DNA from: a virus | DNA length: 64,000 bases | Strand: one strand, 5' to 3' | Virus record (IMG/VR): IMGVR_UViG_3300021962_000041 | Coordinates: 50,869 to 114,868 of that record | In this document: positions 27,606 to 37,300 of the stretch, piece by piece | How the letters are laid out: every line of letters begins with the position of its first letter | How positions within the stretch are numbered: the stretch's first letter is position 1 | Position numbers and translations under genes: made by a program | Notes under the pieces: generated by a model | What the model saw: only the letters and a program-made list of their open reading frames with translations | Told to the model about the DNA's origin: nothing | The model's database searches: none

Positions 27606-28118
27606 TTACAACCAATTAAAGTTTATATTTGCTCTATATTTAGAATCAGAAGTTGTACTTGAATTATGCTCATCATGAGCATCAAATAAAATTAATCTAT
27701 TTGCAACACTATCAACTTTTGTACCATCAGACATTCGTGTAAATCCATCACAAGTATTCAGAGAAAATATTGCTGCTTTATGTGAAAAATCATAATCAGA
27801 ATGTTTGGTATGTTCTTTTATGGTTTCAGTATTGGGATACAGATTTGCTTTAATTCTTAACCAGGATCTCAATGAATTTTCTTTATCAAGTTTTGGAGCA
27901 AAAATTTGATTTAAAAACTGAAAATGTCTACTGTTAGGAACACTAGAAATATAAAAAACATGCACAAAATATGTTGACCATATTTCTGACTCTGCTTTTA
28001 CATGTGTAACACCATCACTAAAGAACCACTCAAACCCCTCTTCATTATCAAGTATCAAATTAGAAATCTGTTTAAACTCAGACTTATCTAAAAAATTATC
28101 AATTACTTTATAAGTCAT
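27606..28118 (-). CDS. Short cyanophage-type 2OG-Fe(II) oxygenase
   Basis: YKVIDNFL...HSD...SVANRLILFD...HNS...RANINFN. Confidence 0.85.
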   Translation of the reverse strand: MTYKVIDNFLDKSEFKQISNLILDNEEGFEWFFSDGVTHVKAESEIWSTYFVHVFYISSVPNSRHFQFLNQIFAPKLDKENSLRSWLRIKANLYPNTETIKEHTKHSDYDFSHKAAIFSLNTCDGFTRMSDGTKVDSVANRLILFDAHDEHNSSTTSDSKYRANINFNWL

Positions 28119-28363
28119 ACAAATTTTAAACCATCAAGGACTTGTTGAAACTTTTCAGCACGGGTCTTATGTTCAATAACATTTTCTCCAAGCACATCCA
28201 CAATATCATCCAAGATTACATCTACTGGAGCATCAGTATCAAAGTATTGTTGGATTGCTTCGGCAAGATACCTCCGCCGTGTCCACTCTACACTATAAGG
28301 TTTGTAGTCCATAATCAAATAGTTATATGCTGCTATTATAAGGTATCTAGTCTTGATTGTCAA
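28115..28363 (-). CDS. Hypothetical protein
   Basis: ORF track (start probably MDYKPY). Confidence 0.6.
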   Translation of the reverse strand: MTIKTRYLIIAAYNYLIMDYKPYSVEWTRRRYLAEAIQQYFDTDAPVDVILDDIVDVLGENVIEHKTRAEKFQQVLDGLKFV

Positions 28364-28592
28364 TCTCTTTCAAATAATCAATCCACCACTGTGGGTCTTG
28401 CTGCATTTTCCAATTGGGAACTTCAAGACCACGCTCAAAATACCACTGCCAGATTGCTTCTTCAATTATTTCTTTAGTCTCAATAATCTTTGCCTTCCTC
28501 ATCAGAGTCTCCATATGGGTCTTCCACATAAGGTCCGTGTGGTCGTTTGGCATCTTCTCTGACATAAGTTTGCTCTTCGTTGACAGCAGCAA
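28347..28592 (-). CDS. Hypothetical protein
   Basis: ORF track. Confidence 0.55.
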   Translation of the reverse strand: MLLSTKSKLMSEKMPNDHTDLMWKTHMETLMRKAKIIETKEIIEEAIWQWYFERGLEVPNWKMQQDPQWWIDYLKEIDNQD

Positions 28593-28668
28593 TCCACAAT
28601 GAGAGTTTCATCACTAACCATATTGTAACAAGAGGTAAAAAACAAGCAATAAGAATTAAAGCTTTCAT
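28480..28668 (-). CDS. Hypothetical membrane protein
   Basis: Coupled ORF, TM segment. Confidence 0.6.
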   Translation of the reverse strand: MKALILIACFLPLVTIWLVMKLSLWIAAVNEEQTYVREDAKRPHGPYVEDPYGDSDEEGKDY

Positions 28669-28880
28669 TCTTCAATCTCCCAGCATTTTTGGAACTTATC
28701 TCTCAACTCATTGATTTTAACATTGTGTTGAAACTCCATAATGTGGTCTTTTATTTCCTTCTCCTCATCAGTGAACTCCATACGATATTTGAGTTTAGTA
28801 TCAACAAGACGCACCATTTCCATATAGAACTCGGTGCCTTTGTGAATAAACTCGTCGTATGTCAATCTCTGGTCCTCCAA
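28665..28880 (-). CDS. Hypothetical protein
   Basis: Coupled ORF. Confidence 0.65.
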   Translation of the reverse strand: MEDQRLTYDEFIHKGTEFYMEMVRLVDTKLKYRMEFTDEEKEIKDHIMEFQHNVKINELRDKFQKCWEIEE

Positions 28881-29230
28881 TCGGTTTCATCCTCATCACG
28901 TTTGAACCAATCGTGTAAATCATCTGGATTATCAAAACCACGACGACCAAATCGTTCATGACCCAAACCACCAATATCCAACTGATTCATAAAATCATCT
29001 AAGTCACCCTCAACCATATCAGGGTTTTCTGCTCTTCTTCTTGCTTGGCGGAGCATTGTGCCAGCAGAGCGGTTTGCCTTGGCAAGTTTTTCGGCCCAGA
29101 TCATATCTTCAAGACTCACTTCCTCGTGCAGAACAATCTTTTCGCAGATTGCTTCAAGACGAAGACGATACTGTGTAGAAAGCATATCGTTCTCCAGATA
29201 TAACTTATTTATTTTTAGATTGTAACTCAT
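28862..29230 (-). CDS. Conserved cyanophage hypothetical protein (MLSTQYRLRLE family)
   Basis: ORF; late-promoter-like ATAAATA near 29206-29212. Confidence 0.75.
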   Translation of the reverse strand: MSYNLKINKLYLENDMLSTQYRLRLEAICEKIVLHEEVSLEDMIWAEKLAKANRSAGTMLRQARRRAENPDMVEGDLDDFMNQLDIGGLGHERFGRRGFDNPDDLHDWFKRDEDETDWRTRD

Positions 29231-29441
29231 CCATCAACTCTTTGGCAAGTTGATTTGAGCGTCTCCACATTAAATATTTTGCCCAGGGGGTTCTCGGATT
29301 ATTCTTCAACCACCAGATTTGTCTTATGATCCTATTCTTGACAATATCAAAAACATAAACAAAAGCATCAGCAACATTTCTGTCGCTGATGATGATGTAT
29401 GCAATAATTGCAAATATAGTTAACCAAGCATAGTAAGTCAT
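29205..29441 (-). CDS. Hypothetical membrane protein
   Basis: N-terminal TM. Confidence 0.65.
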   Translation of the reverse strand: MTYYAWLTIFAIIAYIIISDRNVADAFVYVFDIVKNRIIRQIWWLKNNPRTPWAKYLMWRRSNQLAKELMDELQSKNK

Positions 29442-29631
29442 CGTCTTAGAAGTTTCAGATACTCTAGGACGTGCTCACGAACTGCCATCAATTCATTGTA
29501 GCACTTTTGATTGTGGGCACATTGACGAAGTTCGTGATCTGGTTTATGTACACTTTCAATAAACAGATCCAGTCCTCGGTTCCATTTAACGTCTGGGGCT
29601 TCGTCCATAATGTGTATCGTAGTTGTACTAT

Positions 29632-29883
29632 TTAACTGAAAAATTGTTCAACTGTTGAAGTCTTTTTCTTTGATGCTTTAACTTGTTTCAAAATGTAAGA
29701 TTTAGCAGTTGAATAATTGTTTGCTAGATGGACTTGCTGCCCATTATGAATAATAATGAACTTTTTACCATAAGGGACAGCAGCCCACATTCCATCCTTG
29801 GTTACATAACCTTCTGGATCTTTTGGTTTTGGATCAAGAACACCAGGACGAGGGATAAATGGTTTGAGAAAATTTTCACTCAT
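29632..29883 (-). CDS. Hypothetical protein
   Basis: ORF track. Confidence 0.7.
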   Translation of the reverse strand: MSENFLKPFIPRPGVLDPKPKDPEGYVTKDGMWAAVPYGKKFIIIHNGQQVHLANNYSTAKSYILKQVKASKKKTSTVEQFFS

Positions 29884-30023
29884 CCGAATATAGCAGTTAC
29901 ACTGACAACTTTAGCAGTCGGATTTCGTGCCAGAGCAGTACGCTTAGCATCTTCATAATTTGCTGCTTCGACAATTTCATCGAAGGTACGACCAGCAACG
30001 TAGAGTTGGACTTTGCAGCGCAT
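29880..30023 (-). CDS. Small hypothetical protein (47 aa, MRCKVQLYVAG...)
   Basis: Read by eye; GAGGA SD, TATAAT at 30050-30055. Confidence 0.65.
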   Translation of the reverse strand: MRCKVQLYVAGRTFDEIVEAANYEDAKRTALARNPTAKVVSVTAIFG

Positions 30024-30065
30024 TGGGGGGATTCCTCCTTGTGTGTGAGTATTATAGCAGAAAAA

Positions 30066-31247
30066 TCAGCGCCTGACAACGCTGATGGCAGGTTGACCCT
30101 GCTGAAATACGGTATCTACAACCGCCTGAACGCTCTTGGCGGTGCTGATGCCCACCTTGTCATAGACAGGCACACAGACCAGTCCAAACGTCTTCTGGGC
30201 GCCTCCCAGGCGGATCACACGCCCAATGGACTGACTGATCCCAATGTAGTCCATGTTCCGCATGAACAGAACTGCCTCCAGACCAGACACATTGATGCCC
30301 TCGGACAGAATGCTGTGGTGCAGGACCACAAACTTCTTGGAAGAGTCTTTGCCCCAAGCATTCAGAGTGTCGAAAAATACCTCACGATTGACCTTCTGAC
30401 CATCAATCACAGCACCAGTCTTGGAAGTAATATACATCCAAGAATAACCACGCTCTTTGAGGTCAGAGCAAAAGTCAGATTGAGAAACAAGGTTGATGAT
30501 CTGTTTGGTAGAACGAGCACAGATCAGGATCTTATCCAGACCATTATCGTCAATGGTTTCCAACAGGTTAGCAGAGTCACGATCAGCAATCATCTGCTTG
30601 TCCTGAACCATCTCAAGTTGCTTCACGACAACTTTAGGGGGCAATATGTAGCCTTGATCCACCAGTTCAGGTGCAGGAACGTTGCAGATCACGTTGCCAT
30701 AAACCTCAGGCATATTCATGCCAGGTTTGGAAATCGTAGCAGAATGCTTAGGAGTAGCAGTGAAGAAATAGCAGCGGTCAGCAACAGAAGAGAAGTGCTC
30801 CGTAGCAGGGAAAAAGTTACGTTGAACTGAGTTGTGCGCTTCATCAAAATAAATGGTATCGACGTTAATATCTGCCTGTTGCAGACGCTGCAGAGAATTA
30901 TAAGTGGTGAAGATCAGCTTGTGACCTTGAGTTGCCTCAACCCAAGTGCGGATCACATTAGGACGAGTGCTGCTGAAGTGGTGCGTCTCACCGCTGTGGA
31001 CATGTATCACTTGAGCATTCGTGATAAACTCAAGGAACTCGCTAGACAATTGCTCCGCCAGGAGGATGCGGGGGCAGCACACTACAATGGTCTGAGGAAT
31101 ATCTTTCAGAAACTGACGGATGGCATCAAAGATCATCGTGGGGGTCTTGCCCGCACCAGTCGGCATGATCAGTTGACCCAGTTGATACCGCTCCATGGCA
31201 TCAAGACCACGTTGCTGGTGAGGTCGGAGTTCAAACACAGGTCTCAT
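30066..31247 (-). CDS. Superfamily 2 (DEAH / ResIII-like) helicase
   Basis: LRPHQ, MPTGAGKT, FDEAH, TATP, LSEGINV, QSIGRVIR. Confidence 0.92.
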   Translation of the reverse strand: MRPVFELRPHQQRGLDAMERYQLGQLIMPTGAGKTPTMIFDAIRQFLKDIPQTIVVCCPRILLAEQLSSEFLEFITNAQVIHVHSGETHHFSSTRPNVIRTWVEATQGHKLIFTTYNSLQRLQQADINVDTIYFDEAHNSVQRNFFPATEHFSSVADRCYFFTATPKHSATISKPGMNMPEVYGNVICNVPAPELVDQGYILPPKVVVKQLEMVQDKQMIADRDSANLLETIDDNGLDKILICARSTKQIINLVSQSDFCSDLKERGYSWMYITSKTGAVIDGQKVNREVFFDTLNAWGKDSSKKFVVLHHSILSEGINVSGLEAVLFMRNMDYIGISQSIGRVIRLGGAQKTFGLVCVPVYDKVGISTAKSVQAVVDTVFQQGQPAISVVRR

Positions 31248-31260
31248 CGCGTATGAAACT

Positions 31261-31317
31261 ATTATAGCAGAAAGGGGTCCCCGAAGGAACCCCCTGTACC
31301 AGTTATGAAAGTGTCCT
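31261..31317 (-). promoter_or_regulatory. Cyanophage early promoter
   Basis: TATAAT 31261-31266; GGGGT..ACCCC hairpin; GTACCAGTT-atga-AAGTGTCCT 31296-31317. Confidence 0.8.
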
Positions 31318-34310
31318 TACGTGACTCCCGATCCTTGTACAACGAATGTATTTGTTCCTACACATAAAAGTCTAGCAACTGTTCTTTGAGCTAGAGTTCT
31401 ATTTCCTGTAGTTGCAGTACCACTAAGATACATTGTAACACCTGCACCCTGAGATAATGTTTGAGATAATGCAGTGTTATTATAAATTAACACTTCATCA
31501 CCAATAGAAAAGACTCCAGATGGAACTGTAGCAATTCCTGCAGAAGTTGAGAACGAAATATGCTTACCAGCATCACTAGCAACAAGAACATAACCACCTA
31601 AAGAAGATTGAGCATTTTGAGGATAACTCCTTACATTTCCAATAGAGTCACTAATTGTACCTGTAGATGTAATATTATCTTGAACATCTAAGGTACCACC
31701 AGCAGAATCAAGAACGAGATTTCCAGAAGCAGTATCAATTTCATTAACTGCTGTTGTACCGACTCGAATATTTTGATGATGTGATCCAGAGGCAAATGTA
31801 GAAACTCCAGTTGACTGATAAATTGCTCCACTAACTGTGAGTTTTGCATTTGTTAATGTTGTTGTCCCAACTCCAAGATTAAATTGGCTGTTACCAACCA
31901 ACCAATATTCACAAGCATTAGAAGCATTGACACCAATTGCCAATACTTTGTTACCTGCGAATGGTGGGGCAAAGAATCCATTAGCAACACTTGTGCTCAA
32001 TCCAGCTGGAGTTGTTCCTGGGCGCCCAGCAAATATGTCACCATTACTACCAGCAGTGTTTGTTCCTACACCAATGACAACATTATGAGAAACGTTTAAG
32101 TGACCTTGAGCAGAAGCTCTTCCTGCTTTATATCCAAGACAAAGATTATTGTCACCTGCAATATCAAATCCAGAGCGATCTCCAAGGAAAGTATTATATC
32201 TTGCAATTGATGTCAAACCAGAACCAACTCTGGTTCCAATCAAAACATTACTCGTTGCACCTAAACTTACATAGTTTCCAGTAATATATCCTTGCTGAGG
32301 AGATCCAGCAGTTCTATCATGAGTGCTGTTTGAATCATATTCAACACCAAGAACAACGTTTGGCCAAACAATGTATCCTGCAGGTTGCCATAAACTATCT
32401 TGATGAAAATATTCTGGTCTACGAGAACTTCTTTCCTGAATAAACGCTCCACTACCCAAATCAACATTATAAACAAGAGCTTCTCTTTCGACTCTATTTA
32501 ATTGAGGTGCATAGAAAACTGCTCTTCTCGTTGCGTTATAATTAGCACATCTTAAGTCAACAGCACCAAAAGGAGAATTAGTACCAACTCCAATAAATCC
32601 ATTTATTTTTGGATTAGCATTATTTCCAACGAGAATAACGTCTGAGTTTACAGCAACAATATCTCTTCCAAAAACTGATAAACCAGTCGCATCCACAAAA
32701 GTATTATCTGGTCCTGGAATACTATCCAGATTGGTTGTAGAACCTATTGAAACTCTATCTAGGAATAATGCTGTACTTCCATTTACAAAAGCAGCAGCTG
32801 CTGATGATGCTGTTGCGATTCCAACATTGGCAAAGTGAGCACTAATAGTCTTACCATCTAGTCCAAGACCAGCTGCTGGAAGAGTTGTTCCTATTCCCAA
32901 TATTGCGTCATTGGTTAGATATAACCTATTAAGAGAACTGATTCCTGTGGTAACATTAAGATTTGCAGGTATAGCAGGAGGATTTCCACCGCCACCGAGA
33001 GTAAATCTTGAGGATCCAGACCCAAAGGTTAATGTTCCAGCAGCAATAAAATTACCAGCAACCGTTAAATCGGAAGTAATAGTTCCTGTGCCAACAACAT
33101 GTAAATTATAACTTGGGTTTGTAAGTCCAACTCCCAGTCTTCTAGAATCTATTGATGAACCAGCAGTTAATGTTAAAGCGGCAGAATTATCTTGTCCATA
33201 AAGCCATTGGAAAGTCCCTGTACCAACGCCTGCCTGGCCAGCATGTAAAACTGAAATAATGGAGCCAGTTCCTCTATTAATAATTTCAAGGGTTCCTCTT
33301 GTCGCACCATATCTTAAATATCCAGTACTATTTCCAAGACCTACTGAATTTCCTAATGAAATTCTAGATTCTCCGCTTGGATTAACAACTTCAATAGTTG
33401 GATTAGCAGAAAGTCCGTTTTTAAAAATCTGAAGTTCTACAGTTGGGAGTGCAGTTCCTACACCGATTCTTCCAGACTCTACAGCAGCAACGGCGGTTCC
33501 ACCAACACCCACTCTAAATGTGGTTAAAATAGTGGCAACTCCAACAGTTGCAAATGGACTATTTAAAGCAGTTGCAGTTACAATTCCAACATTAATGCTT
33601 GGTTGTCCAGCTAATGAAAGTGCAGAATCTGCACTAATAGAATTACCAGTAATATCACCAAAGAAACTTCCATAAAAATTAGTTGCTGTAATACTTCCAG
33701 CAATACTAATAGGAGAAGGTAATTTGTCGTTAGGAATTGTTGGTAAAACTGATGTGCCAATAACACCATTCGTAATATTTTGTCCTGTAAGTGCTGTAAT
33801 TCCAGCTCCACTTCCAACAAAAGACGCAGCACTGACAATGCCAGATGCTCTCATGTCACCTACAGTATTAAATCCAACGCCAAGTTGTCCTACAAATGGA
33901 TTTCCACCAATTTGGAAAGTATTTCTTGGATCGATTGTTGCAATTCCAACGAATCCAGCAGCATAAATGCTGGTAAATCCTAAACCAACATCAACGTCAA
34001 CCCACTGAGATGTTGGTAGGTTAGATAATGTAGCACCATTTCCATAAAAAGAAGTAGCAGTAATTGATCCGCTACTTCCAACAACTCTAACTGTTGATCC
34101 GACTCTAAGAGTATTATTAACTGTTGCGATGCCACTTACAAAGGCATCAGTAGCAGTCATTAATCCAACTACTCTAGCATTTCCTCTTACATCTAAACGT
34201 TCGGTTGGAACTGTCGTACCAATTCCAACCAAAGTACCACGTACTACTAGATCTTTATCATCGACCTGAACACCATCACGAAAATTAAAGGACTTCCTGA
34301 TATTCGCCAT
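31317..34310 (-). CDS. Tail fibre protein
   Basis: N-terminal KSFNFRDGVQVD, repeated VGIGTTxP motifs; late promoter ATAAATA at about 34328-34334. Confidence 0.85.
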   Translation of the reverse strand: MANIRKSFNFRDGVQVDDKDLVVRGTLVGIGTTVPTERLDVRGNARVVGLMTATDAFVSGIATVNNTLRVGSTVRVVGSSGSITATSFYGNGATLSNLPTSQWVDVDVGLGFTSIYAAGFVGIATIDPRNTFQIGGNPFVGQLGVGFNTVGDMRASGIVSAASFVGSGAGITALTGQNITNGVIGTSVLPTIPNDKLPSPISIAGSITATNFYGSFFGDITGNSISADSALSLAGQPSINVGIVTATALNSPFATVGVATILTTFRVGVGGTAVAAVESGRIGVGTALPTVELQIFKNGLSANPTIEVVNPSGESRISLGNSVGLGNSTGYLRYGATRGTLEIINRGTGSIISVLHAGQAGVGTGTFQWLYGQDNSAALTLTAGSSIDSRRLGVGLTNPSYNLHVVGTGTITSDLTVAGNFIAAGTLTFGSGSSRFTLGGGGNPPAIPANLNVTTGISSLNRLYLTNDAILGIGTTLPAAGLGLDGKTISAHFANVGIATASSAAAAFVNGSTALFLDRVSIGSTTNLDSIPGPDNTFVDATGLSVFGRDIVAVNSDVILVGNNANPKINGFIGVGTNSPFGAVDLRCANYNATRRAVFYAPQLNRVEREALVYNVDLGSGAFIQERSSRRPEYFHQDSLWQPAGYIVWPNVVLGVEYDSNSTHDRTAGSPQQGYITGNYVSLGATSNVLIGTRVGSGLTSIARYNTFLGDRSGFDIAGDNNLCLGYKAGRASAQGHLNVSHNVVIGVGTNTAGSNGDIFAGRPGTTPAGLSTSVANGFFAPPFAGNKVLAIGVNASNACEYWLVGNSQFNLGVGTTTLTNAKLTVSGAIYQSTGVSTFASGSHHQNIRVGTTAVNEIDTASGNLVLDSAGGTLDVQDNITSTGTISDSIGNVRSYPQNAQSSLGGYVLVASDAGKHISFSTSAGIATVPSGVFSIGDEVLIYNNTALSQTLSQGAGVTMYLSGTATTGNRTLAQRTVARLLCVGTNTFVVQGSGVT

Positions 34311-34333
34311 CTTAAAATGTTTTTAGTTATTTA

Positions 34334-37300
34334 TCAATCTGATAATAAACCCCTTTCTCTGGCAATATTTTCTAGTCTTTCAACTTTATGGGTCAGTTCC
34401 TTAATTGATTCAATTAGAAGTGGAGTTATCTTGTGATAATCAACACCGAGATACCCATTATCTCTTTCTTTGACTGCCTCTGGAAGTACTTTTTGAACTT
34501 CTTGTGCAATCACACCAATATCAAGACCCTCTTTACCAGACTTTTCATTCCAAGTATAAGTATTACCACTCAGTGCATTAACTTTTTCAAGAGAATTAGA
34601 GATTGGAGTAATATTGTCCTTTAATCTTTCATCAGAAGTAAAGAATGCAGTGATATCCCCAGATACTGTTAAAGCACCGGTAATAGCAACTCCACCAGTT
34701 TGAGTTTCAAGTTTTTTAGCATCATCATAATAAAGTTCTACTGCTCCATTTGCTAGTGCTCTAACTCCACTTTCTGTACCATTTGGTCTTATAAAAACAT
34801 TTGTACCAGTTAAATATAAGTCACCAGTTCCACTTTCACTAACATAACTATTTGCCCCATCATGATAGATTTGTAAATCATTTGCGTCACCAAGATTGAT
34901 GATGCCATTATCTTTGAGATATAAGTCCGAACTAGATTCAATTCTTAAATCACCACCAATGTATAACTTCTTCTTAATTGCAACACCACCAGTAAAGATA
35001 ACAGATGCTGTATCAGTCGGTGTTACACCAGTTGCTTCCGTTACATTTGTATACAGAGATAGACCAGTTACCTTATGAACACCATTAGTCGTTGTATTAC
35101 TATTGAATTTCAGTTCCTTATTAAAGCTAACTGGACCATCAAATTGAGATAGAACTGTACCAGAAGAACCACCTTCAACAATAATTCTTTCCTTGGCAAC
35201 AATTTCATCAAAGACAACACTTAATCTAGATGAATCTTGTCCTGCAGTTGTTGGAATTGGAATATCAAAAGTCTTCTGAGTTCCAGATGAAGATGCATAT
35301 TTGGTATTTCCTACAAAGAAGTCACCATTACCATTCATTCCTGTGTAGGCAACATTACCACAAGACCTTTCTTGTGATTGTACCAAGAAGTCTTCTCTTT
35401 CACTTAGAGTTTTAACCTGAACCTGTGGTAAACCGGTTGAATAGTTACCAGGACCATAACCAAGATATTCAAATGTATGTCCAGAAGCACGAATAATTGA
35501 AGGTCTACGAGTTTCAATTGCAATTGGTTTAATCTTTCTAAGAATTTGACCTGTAGAATGATTTTCTCTAGGAGTTCCTAAAGCACCACGGATAACACTA
35601 ATTTCATCCAATCCAGAACCTGTTAAAGCACTGGATGTAATTCTCATGATCTCATTTCCAGATTGAATATAAGATCCCATTGGAAATCTAGTGACCGTAC
35701 CAATACCAGAACTCTTAGTTTGTACTTTAAGAATTGATTCTGTAGTTATACCAGCCTTAAGAATTAAATCATCACCAGCATAGAAAGATAATCCCCTTGC
35801 ACCAAGATTCTCAAAAGAACTATCAGAAGTTACGGCACCAGCAACTAGACCAAGATGGAAAACATAAGTTGGAGATACTGATGCATTTGTTACTGCATTA
35901 AATGTATTGACTCCAACCCTTTCTCTAACAATATAATCACCAATAACATTATTAGTGGATCCAACTAATCTAAATTCTTCTCCAGCAACCAATCCATGAG
36001 AGAATGCACATGTAAATGTTGTTATTCCACTTGCAGAATCGTATACATTTGAAGATACATTAACTGCTGGACCAACATTAATTGTATATTGACCAGAAAT
36101 AATCTTTGGATCTGATGATGTGATTGGGAAAGAAAGTTGATTCTTGGCAGGAACCGACGTAATTCTAAAGAATCCATCAGAGGTAGTGCCAATACCAGTC
36201 ACATGTAGAACATCACCAATATTTGTGTTAATACCAGCAGTTGTAATCGTTATTTTTGCGCCAGTTCCACCACCTAAAGCAGTGCTATCAAAATCTAGAG
36301 TTTCTCCATTTGTATATTGAGATCCACCATGAGTAATAGTTGCGGCAGTAACAACTCCAGAAGCAACTGTAACTCTTGCGAGAGCACCATCCCAGTTTAA
36401 AGTTGTTGTATTATAAAGTTTTACATTATGATAAGTGCCACTTTGGGTATATCCAGATCCTGGTATTAGTGTACTATAAGTTGCAATACCACCATATCCG
36501 TGGTTTCTATCAAGAGTAATCGTTGCAACACCAGCAGTTGCAGTTGTAAAGAATGTTGTTAATCCAACAATTTTTAATCCTACACCCAAATCTTTCAGAG
36601 TTTTGTCAATACTTTCTCTTGTAATACTCTTCGAGATATCATTTGTAACAACTTCACCTAAAGGACTTCTCTTGGCATAACTTTGAGTCGATTGTGGATT
36701 ATCATCAATATTATCCTTATCACTTTGTGGATATAAATCAGTAATATTTTGATTATACTTCAGATTGGTGAATTCAGTCTCGATAGCGTTTGATGAGTTA
36801 AGAACATATAGATGATAAATGCCATCCTGAATGTCTTGAATATATGGTTTAATAACTTCACTTCTATAAACATAGAGATTTGACTTTAGATCATTTCTTT
36901 CAAATCTAGGTAAAGCGGTTGTTCTAGAATTAATGTTGCTGTTAAAAGTTCCAACACCATGAACAACTCCCAGAACATCGGTAGTTGTATATCGGAACTG
37001 CATGTCATCAACGAGTTCTGTGACTGCAAAAGTTCCATTAAATCCAATATTATTTGTTGCTTGTGGGTTTGTAGTACTAGCAACGTTTTTGATATTTACA
37101 ATGTCACCTACATTTAAATTATGAGGTAAATCACAAACAACAGTGATAGTATTGGAAGCAACTGTACATGTTGTAATGAATCTTGGATTTCTATTATATC
37201 CATAATCATTTTGTCCAATAGTTGCCAAAGAGAAATCTGTATTTCTTCTTGCACCAGTGTTACTAGATTCTTGAATTACATAACCATCTGTTGGGTCTTT

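Noticed and set aside
30006-30830. 274-aa plus-strand ORF
   Set aside because: Antisense shadow of the SF2 helicase, with no recognisable motifs.
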